The notes under the pieces were generated by a model, which did no database searches, was not told the origin of the DNA, and saw only the letters and a list, made by a program, of their open reading frames with translations. Source: an uncultured Gammaproteobacteria bacterium (lineage in GTDB: Bacteria; Patescibacteriota; Patescibacteriia; Magasanikbacterales; JBBTXJ01). Taken from it: DNA of 64,000 nucleotides. The stretch lies in assembly GCA_964610305.1 (NCBI GenBank), contig CAZSVL010000005.1, forward strand, positions 14,815 to 78,814, given 5' to 3'. Below are positions 46,326 to 54,969 of the stretch, piece by piece. The translations under genes and the position numbers were made by a program. Within the stretch, counting starts at the first letter, position 1, and every line of letters starts with the position of its first letter.

Positions 46326-48359
46326 ATGTCACAATGTAATCTCTTTTGCATGATAGATTACAAAAACGAATTAAACGAGGAGCAGTACAGGGTCGTCACT
46401 CAAGGTGATGGTCCTTGTTTAGTTTTGGCGGGCGCTGGTTCGGGAAAAACAAGAACTATAACCTACAGAGTGGCTTATCTTTTGGAAAAAGGGATCGCGC
46501 CACAGAACATTTTATTGCTCACTTTTACCAACAAGGCGGCTAATGAGATGGTAAGCAGGGTGGAACAGCTACTCGGGAAAAAACCAGAGGGGATCTGGGG
46601 TGGCACCTTCCACAAATTTGGGCACAAATTAATGCGTATGTACGCTGATACTCTGGGGTATAAAAAAGGTTTCACCATTGCGGATGCAAGCGATTCAAAG
46701 GAGCTTATAAAGATATGTATAAAAGAGGAGGGCATGAAAAATGTGCGTGGTTTTCCTGGAGCGGGTACCGTCGGTAACATTTTAAGTTTTGCGCGCAATG
46801 CTCAAATTTCAATAGATGAAGTTTTGGATTGGAAGTATCAACAGTATGAAGCCTATGCGCCTCATTTTCAAAATATAGATGAGCGATACAGAGATAAAAA
46901 AATGACCGCCCAGGTCATGGATTTTGATGATTTATTATTTAATGTGGTTAAACTTTTTGAGCATAACGATTCGCTCAGAGAAAAATACGCCAAGCAGTTT
47001 GAGTACATTTTAGTAGACGAGTATCAGGACACCAATGCGCTGCAGGCAAAGATGATAGATCTGTTAGCGCCACCACAGAATAATATTTTGGTAGTAGGAG
47101 ATGACGCACAGAGTATTTATAGTTTTAGAGCAGCAGATATTCAAAATATTTTGGGATTTGAGCAAAATTATAAAGAGGCAAAAATTTTTAAGCTAGAGGT
47201 AAACTACAGAAGCACACCAGAGATTCTCGCGCTTTCAAATGAGAGTATTGGAAACAATAAAAAACAGTTCGCAAAGGAGCTCAGCGCGGTAAATACTGAA
47301 GGAGAAAAGCCGGAGCTCACCACCTACGCTGACACGGCGCAGGAGGCAACGCAAATTGGCAGACATATTAGAGATTTAATTGACGGTGGCCTGCCTAGAT
47401 CTGAGATCGCTATTTTGTTTAGGGCAAGTGCCCATAGCCAAGAGGTAGAAATGGAGTTGGTAAAGCGTGATATTCCTTATGATTATAGAGGGGGTCAGCG
47501 TTTTTTTGAGAGATCTCATGTGAAAGATGTGTTGGCGTATCTGCGGCTAGCGCATAACCCAAAAGATAGTATTGCGTGGATGCGCGTGCTTTCAATGTAT
47601 GATGGCATTGGCACCATCACCGCACAAAAGATAATCACACGTGTTGTTGAGTTTCCAGGGCTTGCTTCATTAAATGTAGACGTGGTTGCAGAAGGGCTCA
47701 ATGCGCGCTCAAATGTGGGTTGGCAAAAATTTGCGGGAGATGCTCATAGGTTAAAACAAGCAAGAGGAGGCGGGCCCTCCCAGCTGATACGCGCCGTGCT
47801 CGCGGGCAATTATAACGATATTCTAGAAAAAGAATACGAGAACGCAAAAGAACGCATTGAAGATATTCAGCAGATGGCCACGTTTGCAGAGAAAATTAAT
47901 GATCTTGGTTTCTTTTTAGGAGAGGCAACTCTTGCAGAGCAGCATTCAAATAAACTCAACGAAAAAGAAAAAGTACCTAAGGTGGTGCTCTCAACTATTC
48001 ACCAATCAAAAGGTCTTGAGTGGGATACGGTTTTTGTACTCAGAGTAGCAGCCGGACAATTTCCCAGCGAGTACGCTATTGTAGATGAATCAGACTTGGA
48101 AGAAGAGAGAAGGCTTTTTTATGTGGCCTCAACAAGAGCGCGCAAACAACTCTTCTTTAGCTATCCGCTCATGATGGGAAATGATAATCCGTATTTGCTT
48201 GAGCCTTCTCCCTTTGTATCAGAATTGCCCGATTCAGTATTTAAGGAAGTTGACAATGACGACTATCAATTAGTTGATGCAGAATCTGCAGATTATGACG
48301 GCGATGAAAAGCCACATTGGGCGCGTGAATTTCTTAAGAGTATAGACGACTACAGTTAG
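46326..48359 (+). CDS. ATP-dependent DNA helicase, UvrD/PcrA family
   Basis: Motif I LVLAGAGSGKTRTITYRVAYLL, motif II VDEYQDTN, and conserved C-terminal helicase motifs. Real start may be the internal MIDYKNELNEEQ. Confidence 0.85.
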   Translation: MSQCNLFCMIDYKNELNEEQYRVVTQGDGPCLVLAGAGSGKTRTITYRVAYLLEKGIAPQNILLLTFTNKAANEMVSRVEQLLGKKPEGIWGGTFHKFGHKLMRMYADTLGYKKGFTIADASDSKELIKICIKEEGMKNVRGFPGAGTVGNILSFARNAQISIDEVLDWKYQQYEAYAPHFQNIDERYRDKKMTAQVMDFDDLLFNVVKLFEHNDSLREKYAKQFEYILVDEYQDTNALQAKMIDLLAPPQNNILVVGDDAQSIYSFRAADIQNILGFEQNYKEAKIFKLEVNYRSTPEILALSNESIGNNKKQFAKELSAVNTEGEKPELTTYADTAQEATQIGRHIRDLIDGGLPRSEIAILFRASAHSQEVEMELVKRDIPYDYRGGQRFFERSHVKDVLAYLRLAHNPKDSIAWMRVLSMYDGIGTITAQKIITRVVEFPGLASLNVDVVAEGLNARSNVGWQKFAGDAHRLKQARGGGPSQLIRAVLAGNYNDILEKEYENAKERIEDIQQMATFAEKINDLGFFLGEATLAEQHSNKLNEKEKVPKVVLSTIHQSKGLEWDTVFVLRVAAGQFPSEYAIVDESDLEEERRLFYVASTRARKQLFFSYPLMMGNDNPYLLEPSPFVSELPDSVFKEVDNDDYQLVDAESADYDGDEKPHWAREFLKSIDDYS

Positions 48360-48375
48360 AGCCAAGTTTTTTAAA

Positions 48376-48420
48376 TAAAAAACCCCCACGCTTTGCTTTC
48401 AAAACGTGGGGTGTTTGGTT
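48376..48420. terminator. bidirectional intrinsic terminator (CCCCACG...CGTGGGG) between convergent genes
   Basis: 7-bp GC-rich stem with T/A-rich runs on both sides. Confidence 0.55.
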
Positions 48421-48431
48421 TATGAATACGG

Positions 48432-49463
48432 CTACTGATTACGCCGCATCTCACTAAGCGCTACGGTCATCATTCGGGCAGCCGCTTGGTGGAGCGGGGT
48501 AAAGGGCTCTCCGCTTCTGATAGCGGCATCCAGAGTGGTAGCAGTGGTTTTAATCATCTGCTCTGAACCTTCTGCCGCTGATCCAATGGACTCAATGAGA
48601 CCTTCTGCCAGACTGGGATCCATGAGGTGTTGCACGTTTGAGCTCTCTAGCAGGGCAATGAGAGCGGAAACAGGCGTCAGATGTGATGGAAGATCCTCTT
48701 GATGAATCTCATCAGTTGAAGCTCCTACGCCAGCCATCCATTCAACAGCGTGAAGCAGGGTGCTGTCAGCCGTCATGCCGTCAACCTTACCCGTTACACT
48801 GGGAAGAGCTCTTCTCATGGAACGGATGATATCCTCGGAGAGGAATGGCCTAATACCGCATTTAGCGCATTTGGCAGAATCAAGATTGAAGGCATAAACA
48901 TTGACACTAACAGGCGTCTTGCAACCAGGACATCCTCGTCTTGCGTACATGCCGTCACAATCCAAGTAGCCTGCAACATCAGGAATCAGATCATGGGCGC
49001 TTAGCCTCTGTAGATCATCAGGCGTGATATCAGACAGCAGACTCCAAGGGTCAAACCGACCCACATCAATAGGCTCTTCCCCATCCCTGTCTTCACACAA
49101 GTGCCAGCTGATGGGGGAAAGACTTCTGTTGGCCATCTGGTTGCCAATTAAGACTTTGGCGGCAGCCAGGTCTTCGCCACGGATTACTCCCACAATTTCG
49201 TCATCACGGGTGGTGCCTTCAAGCTTCCAAACGTACCTGATGGTAATCTTGGTAGAGTCACGCCTTCTTTGCAGATAATAGCGGCGGAACCACTCTTGCC
49301 TCTCCGGCGAATGATCTCTACGATATTGCGCGATTACCTGCTCTGCCGATTCGGCACCGGGAGCGATCAATAGTGAGCTGTGGTCAAGGTTATCACCTTC
49401 AAGCGGCGGCAATGGCACGGCGATGCTCGGCAGCTGGGGTCTGTAGATACTTAGATCTTTCAT
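48432..49463 (-). CDS. hypothetical protein with CxxC...CxxC zinc ribbon; tandem paralog of 49460..50632
   Basis: GCPGCKTPVSVNVYAFNLDSAKCAKCGI. Shares D(V/T)GRFD...L(L/I)(S/G)D(I/M)(T/P)P(D/E)... and the ribbon position with its upstream neighbour. Visibly GC-richer than surrounding genes. Confidence 0.45.
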   Translation of the reverse strand: MKDLSIYRPQLPSIAVPLPPLEGDNLDHSSLLIAPGAESAEQVIAQYRRDHSPERQEWFRRYYLQRRRDSTKITIRYVWKLEGTTRDDEIVGVIRGEDLAAAKVLIGNQMANRSLSPISWHLCEDRDGEEPIDVGRFDPWSLLSDITPDDLQRLSAHDLIPDVAGYLDCDGMYARRGCPGCKTPVSVNVYAFNLDSAKCAKCGIRPFLSEDIIRSMRRALPSVTGKVDGMTADSTLLHAVEWMAGVGASTDEIHQEDLPSHLTPVSALIALLESSNVQHLMDPSLAEGLIESIGSAAEGSEQMIKTTATTLDAAIRSGEPFTPLHQAAARMMTVALSEMRRNQ

Positions 49464-50632
49464 GATGCCTCCTTTGAGGGGCTTTTGTTCTCCGTTAAAA
49501 CGTTCTTTCCTAGGTCACGAACAAGCTCTTCAATACTCCAAACGAAAATTTGAAGCGTTTTGACAAGAAGGCTTCGTTGCCATTCAAATAACTCGCCATG
49601 CTCTTTTTGTAGAGCCTTATCAGAACCACGAATCCAATCATTGAGTGAAGAGAGGATGCGTAGTTGTGTTCTGAGTTCTTCCAGTTTGACTTTTCTTTTT
49701 TTTGGCTCATATTGAGCATAGCATGTTTCAGCAACGCGCATAAAAGCTTCTCTGTGTACGCCTAGGTGCAAAATGCTTGCGGCAGAATTTTTGTACAACC
49801 AAGAGATGTTATCTGGATTCCATGATACATAATCTGGATTGTCTGATTCTGGACGATACGTCCTTCCGTAATACGAGAGCGGCATGCCCAAAAGCTTAAC
49901 TTTGTAGACCCAGCAGAATATGGGAAGCGCTGTTACATCCAAAAGTAGTGTTGCATTCTCAACATGCTGCGGAACGGAGGCGTGCAGGATTTGCGGACCG
50001 TCGCTTTTCCTGAGATGCTTTAAAAAGCGTTTAATGGTTTTATCAAGGATTTCTCCGTGATCTCCTATATTGTCACACACAGGACAATTGAACTCTGGTG
50101 GGTACAGGGTAAGCATGCGTCTTCCTACCGGCCCGCTGCAGTTAGCGCAGCGCCGTAGAAAAAGCAGTCCATCAAAATCCCAGTCTTCAGAACCAGTTTT
50201 TATTGAAACGGTTCCCCGCTGAGCAATTTCAGCGAACTTTTCATCTGGCATATCACCAATTAGATCAATGTGATCAAACCTGCCCGTGTCCAAAAGCAAG
50301 GTTAGTTGAAAATCATCATAGATTTCCCAACGAATGCCGGTTCGTAGATTCCCGCCGTTGCGCGATGCAATGGCTAGGCGAATGACATCCATGTCTGGCT
50401 CTCCAAAAAATGAAGCCAGCAGCCTGTCTTCGCTTTTTTTTGTGCGATCAGCATCCTGAACTTCGCGCAACAACGTGCGACCCATTTTTTGTTCAATCCA
50501 ATAGATTATTCTGGAGTGGCACCAGGGTCCCTGGAACACGGCTCTGAAACAATCAAATACGGTTGGTTCAGCGTTATCTTCTTGTGTTGTCAAAGGACTT
50601 TCAAAGCGAGTCAATGCAGTGGAAGGTTCCAT
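49460..50632 (-). CDS. hypothetical protein with CxxC...CxxC zinc ribbon; first gene of two-gene operon
   Basis: CANCSGPVGRRMLTLYPPEFNCPVCDN. 4-nt overlap with the downstream paralog. No known family recognised. Confidence 0.45.
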   Translation of the reverse strand: MEPSTALTRFESPLTTQEDNAEPTVFDCFRAVFQGPWCHSRIIYWIEQKMGRTLLREVQDADRTKKSEDRLLASFFGEPDMDVIRLAIASRNGGNLRTGIRWEIYDDFQLTLLLDTGRFDHIDLIGDMPDEKFAEIAQRGTVSIKTGSEDWDFDGLLFLRRCANCSGPVGRRMLTLYPPEFNCPVCDNIGDHGEILDKTIKRFLKHLRKSDGPQILHASVPQHVENATLLLDVTALPIFCWVYKVKLLGMPLSYYGRTYRPESDNPDYVSWNPDNISWLYKNSAASILHLGVHREAFMRVAETCYAQYEPKKRKVKLEELRTQLRILSSLNDWIRGSDKALQKEHGELFEWQRSLLVKTLQIFVWSIEELVRDLGKNVLTENKSPSKEAS

Positions 50633-50722
50633 GCTTTACTCCAATGTGTTTAATGATTTGTGTTTCTATAATGGTACCAGATTAGTAGGAAAAAAGTATC
50701 ATACAAAGGGCGGTTTGTCAAG

Positions 50723-50751
50723 CTTTACAGGATAATGAGGTTATGGTATAA
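50723..50751 (+). promoter_or_regulatory. candidate promoter TTTACA-17-TATAAC (TGG-extended) upstream of ndk
   Basis: Hexamers at 50723-50728 and 50746-50751. Confidence 0.45.
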
Positions 50752-50783
50752 CTGTGGCAACAAAAATTACTTATTATCACGCC

Positions 50784-50834
50784 GTCATCGCGAGGAAGCC
50801 TGCCCCGGACTTGATCCGGGGTGGCGATCCCGCC
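50784..50834. repeat. palindromic element GTCATCGCGAG...CCCCGGACTTGATCCGGGG...GCGATCCCGCC plus T-run (same family as the GIY-YIG inverted repeats)
   Basis: Contains the CCGGACTTGATCCGG palindrome seen at 5311-5327. Its ends match the in-gene copy at 53609-53647. Confidence 0.4.
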
Positions 50835-50881
50835 TTTTTTGACGAGATTGCTTCGCCTGCAGCTCGCAATGACCAAAAAAT

Positions 50882-51370
50882 ATGAATTTTGAAGGAATTC
50901 ACGAAAAAACACTTGTCTTAGTAAAACCAGACGCTATACAGCGCGGGCTTATTGGAGATATCATTTCTCGTTTTGAAAAAAAGGGAATGAAGCTGGTGGC
51001 ACTCAAGCTCTCTCAGCCCGGAAAAGAGGTTTGGGCAAAGCATTACGCTCACATTGCCGATAAGCCATTTTATGGCGCGTATGAAGAATTTATTACCAGC
51101 ACGCCAGTTGTTGCTATGGTGTGGGAAGGTCTAGAGGTGGTAAATGCGGTCCGTCTTATCACAGGCATCACCAAAGCAAGAGAAGCAGAGGCCGGATCAA
51201 TAAGAGGAGACTTTGCCATGAGTGTAGCATGCAACGTAATTCATGCATCAGACAGCGTAGACAATGCAAAAGTAGAGGTAGAGCGATTCTTTAATGGCGA
51301 TGAGCTCTATGAATATGACAGAACAGATTACCTGCATTTATACATGGCGGATGAGCGCGGAGAAGAATAA
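50882..51370 (+). CDS. ndk: nucleoside diphosphate kinase
   Basis: KTLVLVKPDAIQRGLIGDIISRFEKKG with the active-site NVIHASDS region. 162 aa. Confidence 0.85.
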   Translation: MNFEGIHEKTLVLVKPDAIQRGLIGDIISRFEKKGMKLVALKLSQPGKEVWAKHYAHIADKPFYGAYEEFITSTPVVAMVWEGLEVVNAVRLITGITKAREAEAGSIRGDFAMSVACNVIHASDSVDNAKVEVERFFNGDELYEYDRTDYLHLYMADERGEE

Positions 51371-51384
51371 ACCTATCCACAAAA

Positions 51385-51409
51385 AAGACGCCTTCACGGG
51401 CGTTTTTTG
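51385..51409 (+). terminator. intrinsic terminator GACGCC-TTCAC-GGGCGT plus T6
   Basis: Read directly after the ndk stop. Confidence 0.6.
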
Positions 51410-51412
51410 GTC

Positions 51413-51441
51413 TTGACAATCTTAAAAGAGGGTCATATACT
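51413..51441 (+). promoter_or_regulatory. near-consensus promoter TTGACA-17-TATACT
   Basis: 51413-51418 and 51436-51441. Drives the structured region that follows. Confidence 0.5.
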
Positions 51442-51447
51442 AAAAGT

Positions 51448-51632
51448 AGCCTTTATTGACTAGGCACAATACTTGTCCGACAATCTTACGTATAGGGAAG
51501 CCTATATCTCAGCGCCCCGTGGGGCTCTGGTGCGGCTACCCACCTGGCTCGTTAGCTCACGGGACAAGGTATAGCTTAGATTACATGAAGGTAAAGACAT
51601 TAGTCTGAGGCCCCGGTCAGCCGGGGTTTTGG
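51448..51632 (+). ncRNA. candidate structured small RNA or cis-regulatory leader of unknown class
   Basis: About 185 nt with no ORF. Bounded by the consensus promoter and a CCCCGG-TCAG-CCGGGG-UUUU terminator that ends 12 nt before the start of the next gene. Internal GC hairpins (CCCCGUGGGG, GGUG...CACC). Confidence 0.3.
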
Positions 51633-51643
51633 ATTTTAATGAG

Positions 51644-52342
51644 ATGCAAAGAATTATGACTTTCAGACAAGTAATGGTAGAGCTTAAAAAGTTGGGCACT
51701 GCTCAAAACAGAAAAATATATAAGAACCATGGCGGTGGGGATAATGTTTATGGTGTGAGCTACGCCAATTTGTATAAGATTCAAAAGAAGATCAAGACAG
51801 ATCACGATCTTGCAATGAAGCTTTATCAAAGCAATGTGGTGGATGCTATGGTTTTGGGGTTGCTTATTGCAGACCCTAAGAAATTAAGCAGAGCTGAGGC
51901 TGAAGGCCTGGTAAAAGTGGCAGATTTTTCTATGGTTTGTTTTTATATTGGCAGGTTGGTGGCTAAGAGTGGTCACTGGAAACCTCTTATAAAAAAATGG
52001 ACGAAGTCTAAAAAAGAGTATGTACGATCAGCTGGATACGTTACGCTTAGTTCAGTGCTCCGCGATAATGCAGATGAAATTTCTGATGCTTATGCGCTGC
52101 AAGTACTTAAGATCATAGAGAAAGAGATTCACGGATCGCCCAATATAGCTCGTTATTCCATGAATAATGCCGTGATAGCAATAGGCACTTACAAAGACGG
52201 CGTTTATAAAGAAGCAATCGCCGCTGCTAAAAGAATTGGAAAAGTACACGTAGACCACAAAAAAACAAACTGTAAAACGCCAGAGGCCGTCTCTTATATT
52301 AAGAAGGCGCGGGCGCACAGAAAGAAGAAGAAAAAAAAGTGA
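51644..52342 (+). CDS. DNA alkylation repair protein (AlkC/AlkD-like HEAT-repeat glycosylase family)
   Basis: LGTAQNRKIYKNHGGGDNVYGVSYANLYKI matches the DNA_alkylation family N-terminus. Lys-rich tail. Confidence 0.55.
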   Translation: MQRIMTFRQVMVELKKLGTAQNRKIYKNHGGGDNVYGVSYANLYKIQKKIKTDHDLAMKLYQSNVVDAMVLGLLIADPKKLSRAEAEGLVKVADFSMVCFYIGRLVAKSGHWKPLIKKWTKSKKEYVRSAGYVTLSSVLRDNADEISDAYALQVLKIIEKEIHGSPNIARYSMNNAVIAIGTYKDGVYKEAIAAAKRIGKVHVDHKKTNCKTPEAVSYIKKARAHRKKKKKK

Positions 52343-52349
52343 TAAGGTC

Positions 52350-52378
52350 TTGACAAAACAGCAAAATTGTGGTATGTT
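52350..52378 (+). promoter_or_regulatory. promoter TTGACA-17-TATGTT
   Basis: Followed by AAAGGAGG SD and the ATG at 52400. Confidence 0.5.
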
Positions 52379-52399
52379 TCTTCTCTGAAAGGAGGGGAA

Positions 52400-52759
52400 A
52401 TGACTGATACTATTGTCAAAAAGTTTGCCTACGCATTTGCTGGTCTGCATGCAGGCTGGCAGAGTGAGAGCAGCTTTAGGTTTCAGGTAGTCATTGGAGC
52501 GCTCGTCATCTTAGCCGGATTGTTTTTTGGCATTTCGCGGTTTGAGTGGCTTTTTGTTAGCCTTGCTATTGGTATGGTTCTCTCGCTAGAGATGATCAAC
52601 ACTGTGCTGGAGAAATTTCTGGATATCGTGAATCCAGAGCTAGATGAGCGGGTCAGAAAAGTAAAAGACATGGCCGCTGGTGTGGTTTTTATCGCATCTA
52701 TGACAGCAACAGTCATCGGCGTTTTGGTCTTCATTCCATACATAATGGCACTTTATTAG
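52400..52759 (+). CDS. dgkA: diacylglycerol kinase / undecaprenol kinase (DgkA family)
   Basis: Three TM segments; EMINTVLEKFLDIVNPE and KDMAAGVVFIAS motifs. Start at ATG 52400 after SD; track start 52367. Confidence 0.75.
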   Translation: MTDTIVKKFAYAFAGLHAGWQSESSFRFQVVIGALVILAGLFFGISRFEWLFVSLAIGMVLSLEMINTVLEKFLDIVNPELDERVRKVKDMAAGVVFIASMTATVIGVLVFIPYIMALY

Positions 52760-52856
52760 CCGCAAGGGAGCGTAGTACCTTTGTGGTTTTTTATTTGCTT
52801 AAAGTAATGAAAAACGCTACCCTTTAAATAGGTGCATTAATAATAATTCTAATAAT

Positions 52857-53270
52857 ATGCCAGAAATTACGCATAGTTATGCGGCGATCGCTGCCGCAAT
52901 GGCCGCCTCCATAGTTTTGGGAATGCTGTGGTACGGGCCGTTTTTTGGAAAAATGTGGATGAAGCTTGTCGGCATGTCTGAGGCAGACATGAAAAAAGCA
53001 AAAGAGAAGGGAATGGGAAAGACCTACGCCATAATGGTTCTGGCCACCCTTGTAATGACTACGGTTCTCTGCATAGTCTTGCAGGCTTTTGGGGCGGAGA
53101 CAGCAAAAGAAGCCGGAAAAGTTGGCTTTTGGGTGTGGCTTGGTTTTGTGGCTACCACTACGGTAGATGGTGTGCTCTGGAAAAACGAGCCGTGGAAGCT
53201 CTGGGTTTTAAACAACGCGTATCGTCTTATTTCACTTAAGCTAATGGCTATTATTTTAGTCACTCTGTAA
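52857..53270 (+). CDS. hypothetical integral membrane protein (DUF1761-like)
   Basis: Four predicted TM segments. No catalytic motif. Confidence 0.4.
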   Translation: MPEITHSYAAIAAAMAASIVLGMLWYGPFFGKMWMKLVGMSEADMKKAKEKGMGKTYAIMVLATLVMTTVLCIVLQAFGAETAKEAGKVGFWVWLGFVATTTVDGVLWKNEPWKLWVLNNAYRLISLKLMAIILVTL

Positions 53271-53271
53271 T

Positions 53272-53454
53272 ATGAAAAAACATACACTACATACGCTTGC
53301 CGGCTTTACGTTTTTAGTAGCTGCCGCACTTCATTTATCACGGTTTGTGACAAAAGCAGATTTAGCGTATGGCAGCTACGTTATTCCACTGTGGTTTTCT
53401 GTTGTGGTAGGACTCTGGGCGGCCTTTCTAAGTTACAAGAGCTTTAAAAGTTAA
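53272..53454 (+). CDS. hypothetical small membrane protein (60 aa)
   Basis: Two hydrophobic segments. May be spurious. Confidence 0.25.
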   Translation: MKKHTLHTLAGFTFLVAAALHLSRFVTKADLAYGSYVIPLWFSVVVGLWAAFLSYKSFKS

Positions 53455-54188
53455 TGAGAATAAATAAGTTCTTAACACAAGCAAATTATTGTTCACGCCG
53501 TGAGGCGGACCGTTTGATTGAAAAAGGTTTAATCAAAATCAATGACACGGTCGCTCAGCTTGGACAGCAAGTGCAAACGGGCGACCGTGTTTTTGTTGTT
53601 ACCCACCCGTCATCCCGAGCGAGCAAAGCGAGTCGAGGGATCCCGCCAAATTGGACAGAAGTAACTTTAGGCACTGAAGAGAAAATATATCTGGCTTATC
53701 ACAAGCCAGTGGGTGTTATTTGCGCCACTGACACAACCAAACCAGACAACATTATTGACGCCATAAATTATACAGAGCGTGTCTATCCTGTTGGTCGGCT
53801 TGACGTTGCCAGCTCTGGTTTAATACTGCTTACCAATGATGGAGATATTGTTAACAAAATTCTCAAAGGTAAGCAAAAGATAGAGAAAGAGTATGTGGTA
53901 GACGTTGATAAGATTGTAACTGAAAAAAAATTGGGAAAATTAAAAAAAGGTATTGTATTGGACTGGCATAAAACACTGCCTGCAAAAATAAAAAGGACAG
54001 GTACAAAACGTTTTTCAATAACTATAGTAGAGGGAAGAAACAGGCAAATCAGACGCATGTGTGAAGCGGTTGGATGGAAGGTGGTTCGGCTTCATAGGGT
54101 GCGTATTGGTTCGTTGTGTCTTGGAAGTTTAAGGGTGGGAGAATATAGAGAGTTAGAGAGTCCTCCTCTTGACAATAATGGCCAATAA
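53454..54188 (+). CDS. rRNA pseudouridine synthase, RsuA/RluB family (S4 domain plus PseudoU_synth_2), carrying an in-frame palindromic-element insertion
   Basis: S4 domain at N-terminus. YHKPVGVICA (KPxG) and the catalytic Asp in GRLDVASSGLILLTNDG. Confidence 0.75.
   Translation: MRINKFLTQANYCSRREADRLIEKGLIKINDTVAQLGQQVQTGDRVFVVTHPSSRASKASRGIPPNWTEVTLGTEEKIYLAYHKPVGVICATDTTKPDNIIDAINYTERVYPVGRLDVASSGLILLTNDGDIVNKILKGKQKIEKEYVVDVDKIVTEKKLGKLKKGIVLDWHKTLPAKIKRTGTKRFSITIVEGRNRQIRRMCEAVGWKVVRLHRVRIGSLCLGSLRVGEYRELESPPLDNNGQ
53609..53647 (+). repeat. palindromic GTCATCCCGAG...GGGATCCCGCC element inserted in-frame in the pseudouridine synthase linker (encodes HPSSRASKASRGIPP)
   Basis: Same end motifs as the intergenic copy at 50784-50834 and the GTCATCC/GGATC ends of the GIY-YIG inverted repeats. 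Lies between the S4 domain and the catalytic domain. Confidence 0.45.
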
Positions 54189-54216
54189 TGCTAGGTTTTT
54201 ATAAGGTGTCGCCAAA

Positions 54217-54918
54217 GTGGTAGCACAAAAACGCAACACGTCAAAGGACACGTTGCACATCAAAGGAGGACACGACATGGGAGCTGTCATGTCAAGTCGT
54301 CTTGCGGCAGAGTTAGATCATGCGCTTGAGAGGAATGGTTGGTGTATGAAGGATGTCAAAGCACTTGCAGCAGGAGATGTGCTCTCAAAATTACGTCTGG
54401 TGATTTTGGGTTTGGCAGAGGTGGTGACGGTTCAGTATCCGGTGTCGCAATCTGTTAAAGGTGCAGATCTTTCTGCTGAGAGGCTTACTCAAATACTCAA
54501 CGCAGGAACATTCGGTGTTACACGTGAATCAAGACTGGCACTTGAATGGTTAATCGCCAATCGGGCGCCGTTGAAAAATAAGGATTGTGATTTTGTCCTT
54601 TTGACGCACGCTGAACTAGGTCTTAAAAGTGAGGCAAAATCTCCCACACTTAAGCAGATTGCAGATCATGCACGAGCCCTTGGTCTGCGTCTGTGTGATC
54701 CTCGCCATGTCATTGCCCTTGCCTCTTCCGCACAGATTGATGATGTCATGGAGCCCCTTATTGTTATGAGCAGAGGCTTTGTCATCCGTAGCATGGGAGA
54801 AGCTAAGTGCAAATTTCAAATTGAACGCACGGAAACAGGTGATAACCTGGTTTCACGAGTGTTTGACCACTACAGTCAGATACCTGTGGGACGTGGCTTG
54901 TTCATTTTTAGGGTGTAA
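54217..54918 (+). CDS. hypothetical protein
   Basis: No recognisable motif. Visibly GC-richer than neighbours. Confidence 0.4.
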   Translation: MVAQKRNTSKDTLHIKGGHDMGAVMSSRLAAELDHALERNGWCMKDVKALAAGDVLSKLRLVILGLAEVVTVQYPVSQSVKGADLSAERLTQILNAGTFGVTRESRLALEWLIANRAPLKNKDCDFVLLTHAELGLKSEAKSPTLKQIADHARALGLRLCDPRHVIALASSAQIDDVMEPLIVMSRGFVIRSMGEAKCKFQIERTETGDNLVSRVFDHYSQIPVGRGLFIFRV

Positions 54919-54930
54919 AGCAGGTTTATT

Positions 54931-54958
54931 CGATCGTCTTTCGGGCGATCGTTTTTTT
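54931..54958 (+). terminator. hairpin CGATCG...CGATCG plus T7
   Basis: Read directly after the stop at 54918. Confidence 0.45.
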
Positions 54959-54969
54959 ATTGTGATACA

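Noticed and set aside
51448-51632. SRP RNA / 6S / tmRNA / TPP or T-box riboswitch identity for the structured region
   Set aside because: I could not find the characteristic conserved motifs by eye (GGAA-loop domain IV of 4.5S, tRNA-like tmRNA ends, the T-box AGGGUGG box, the TPP CUGAGA/ACCUGAUC core), so the region is left as an unclassified candidate.
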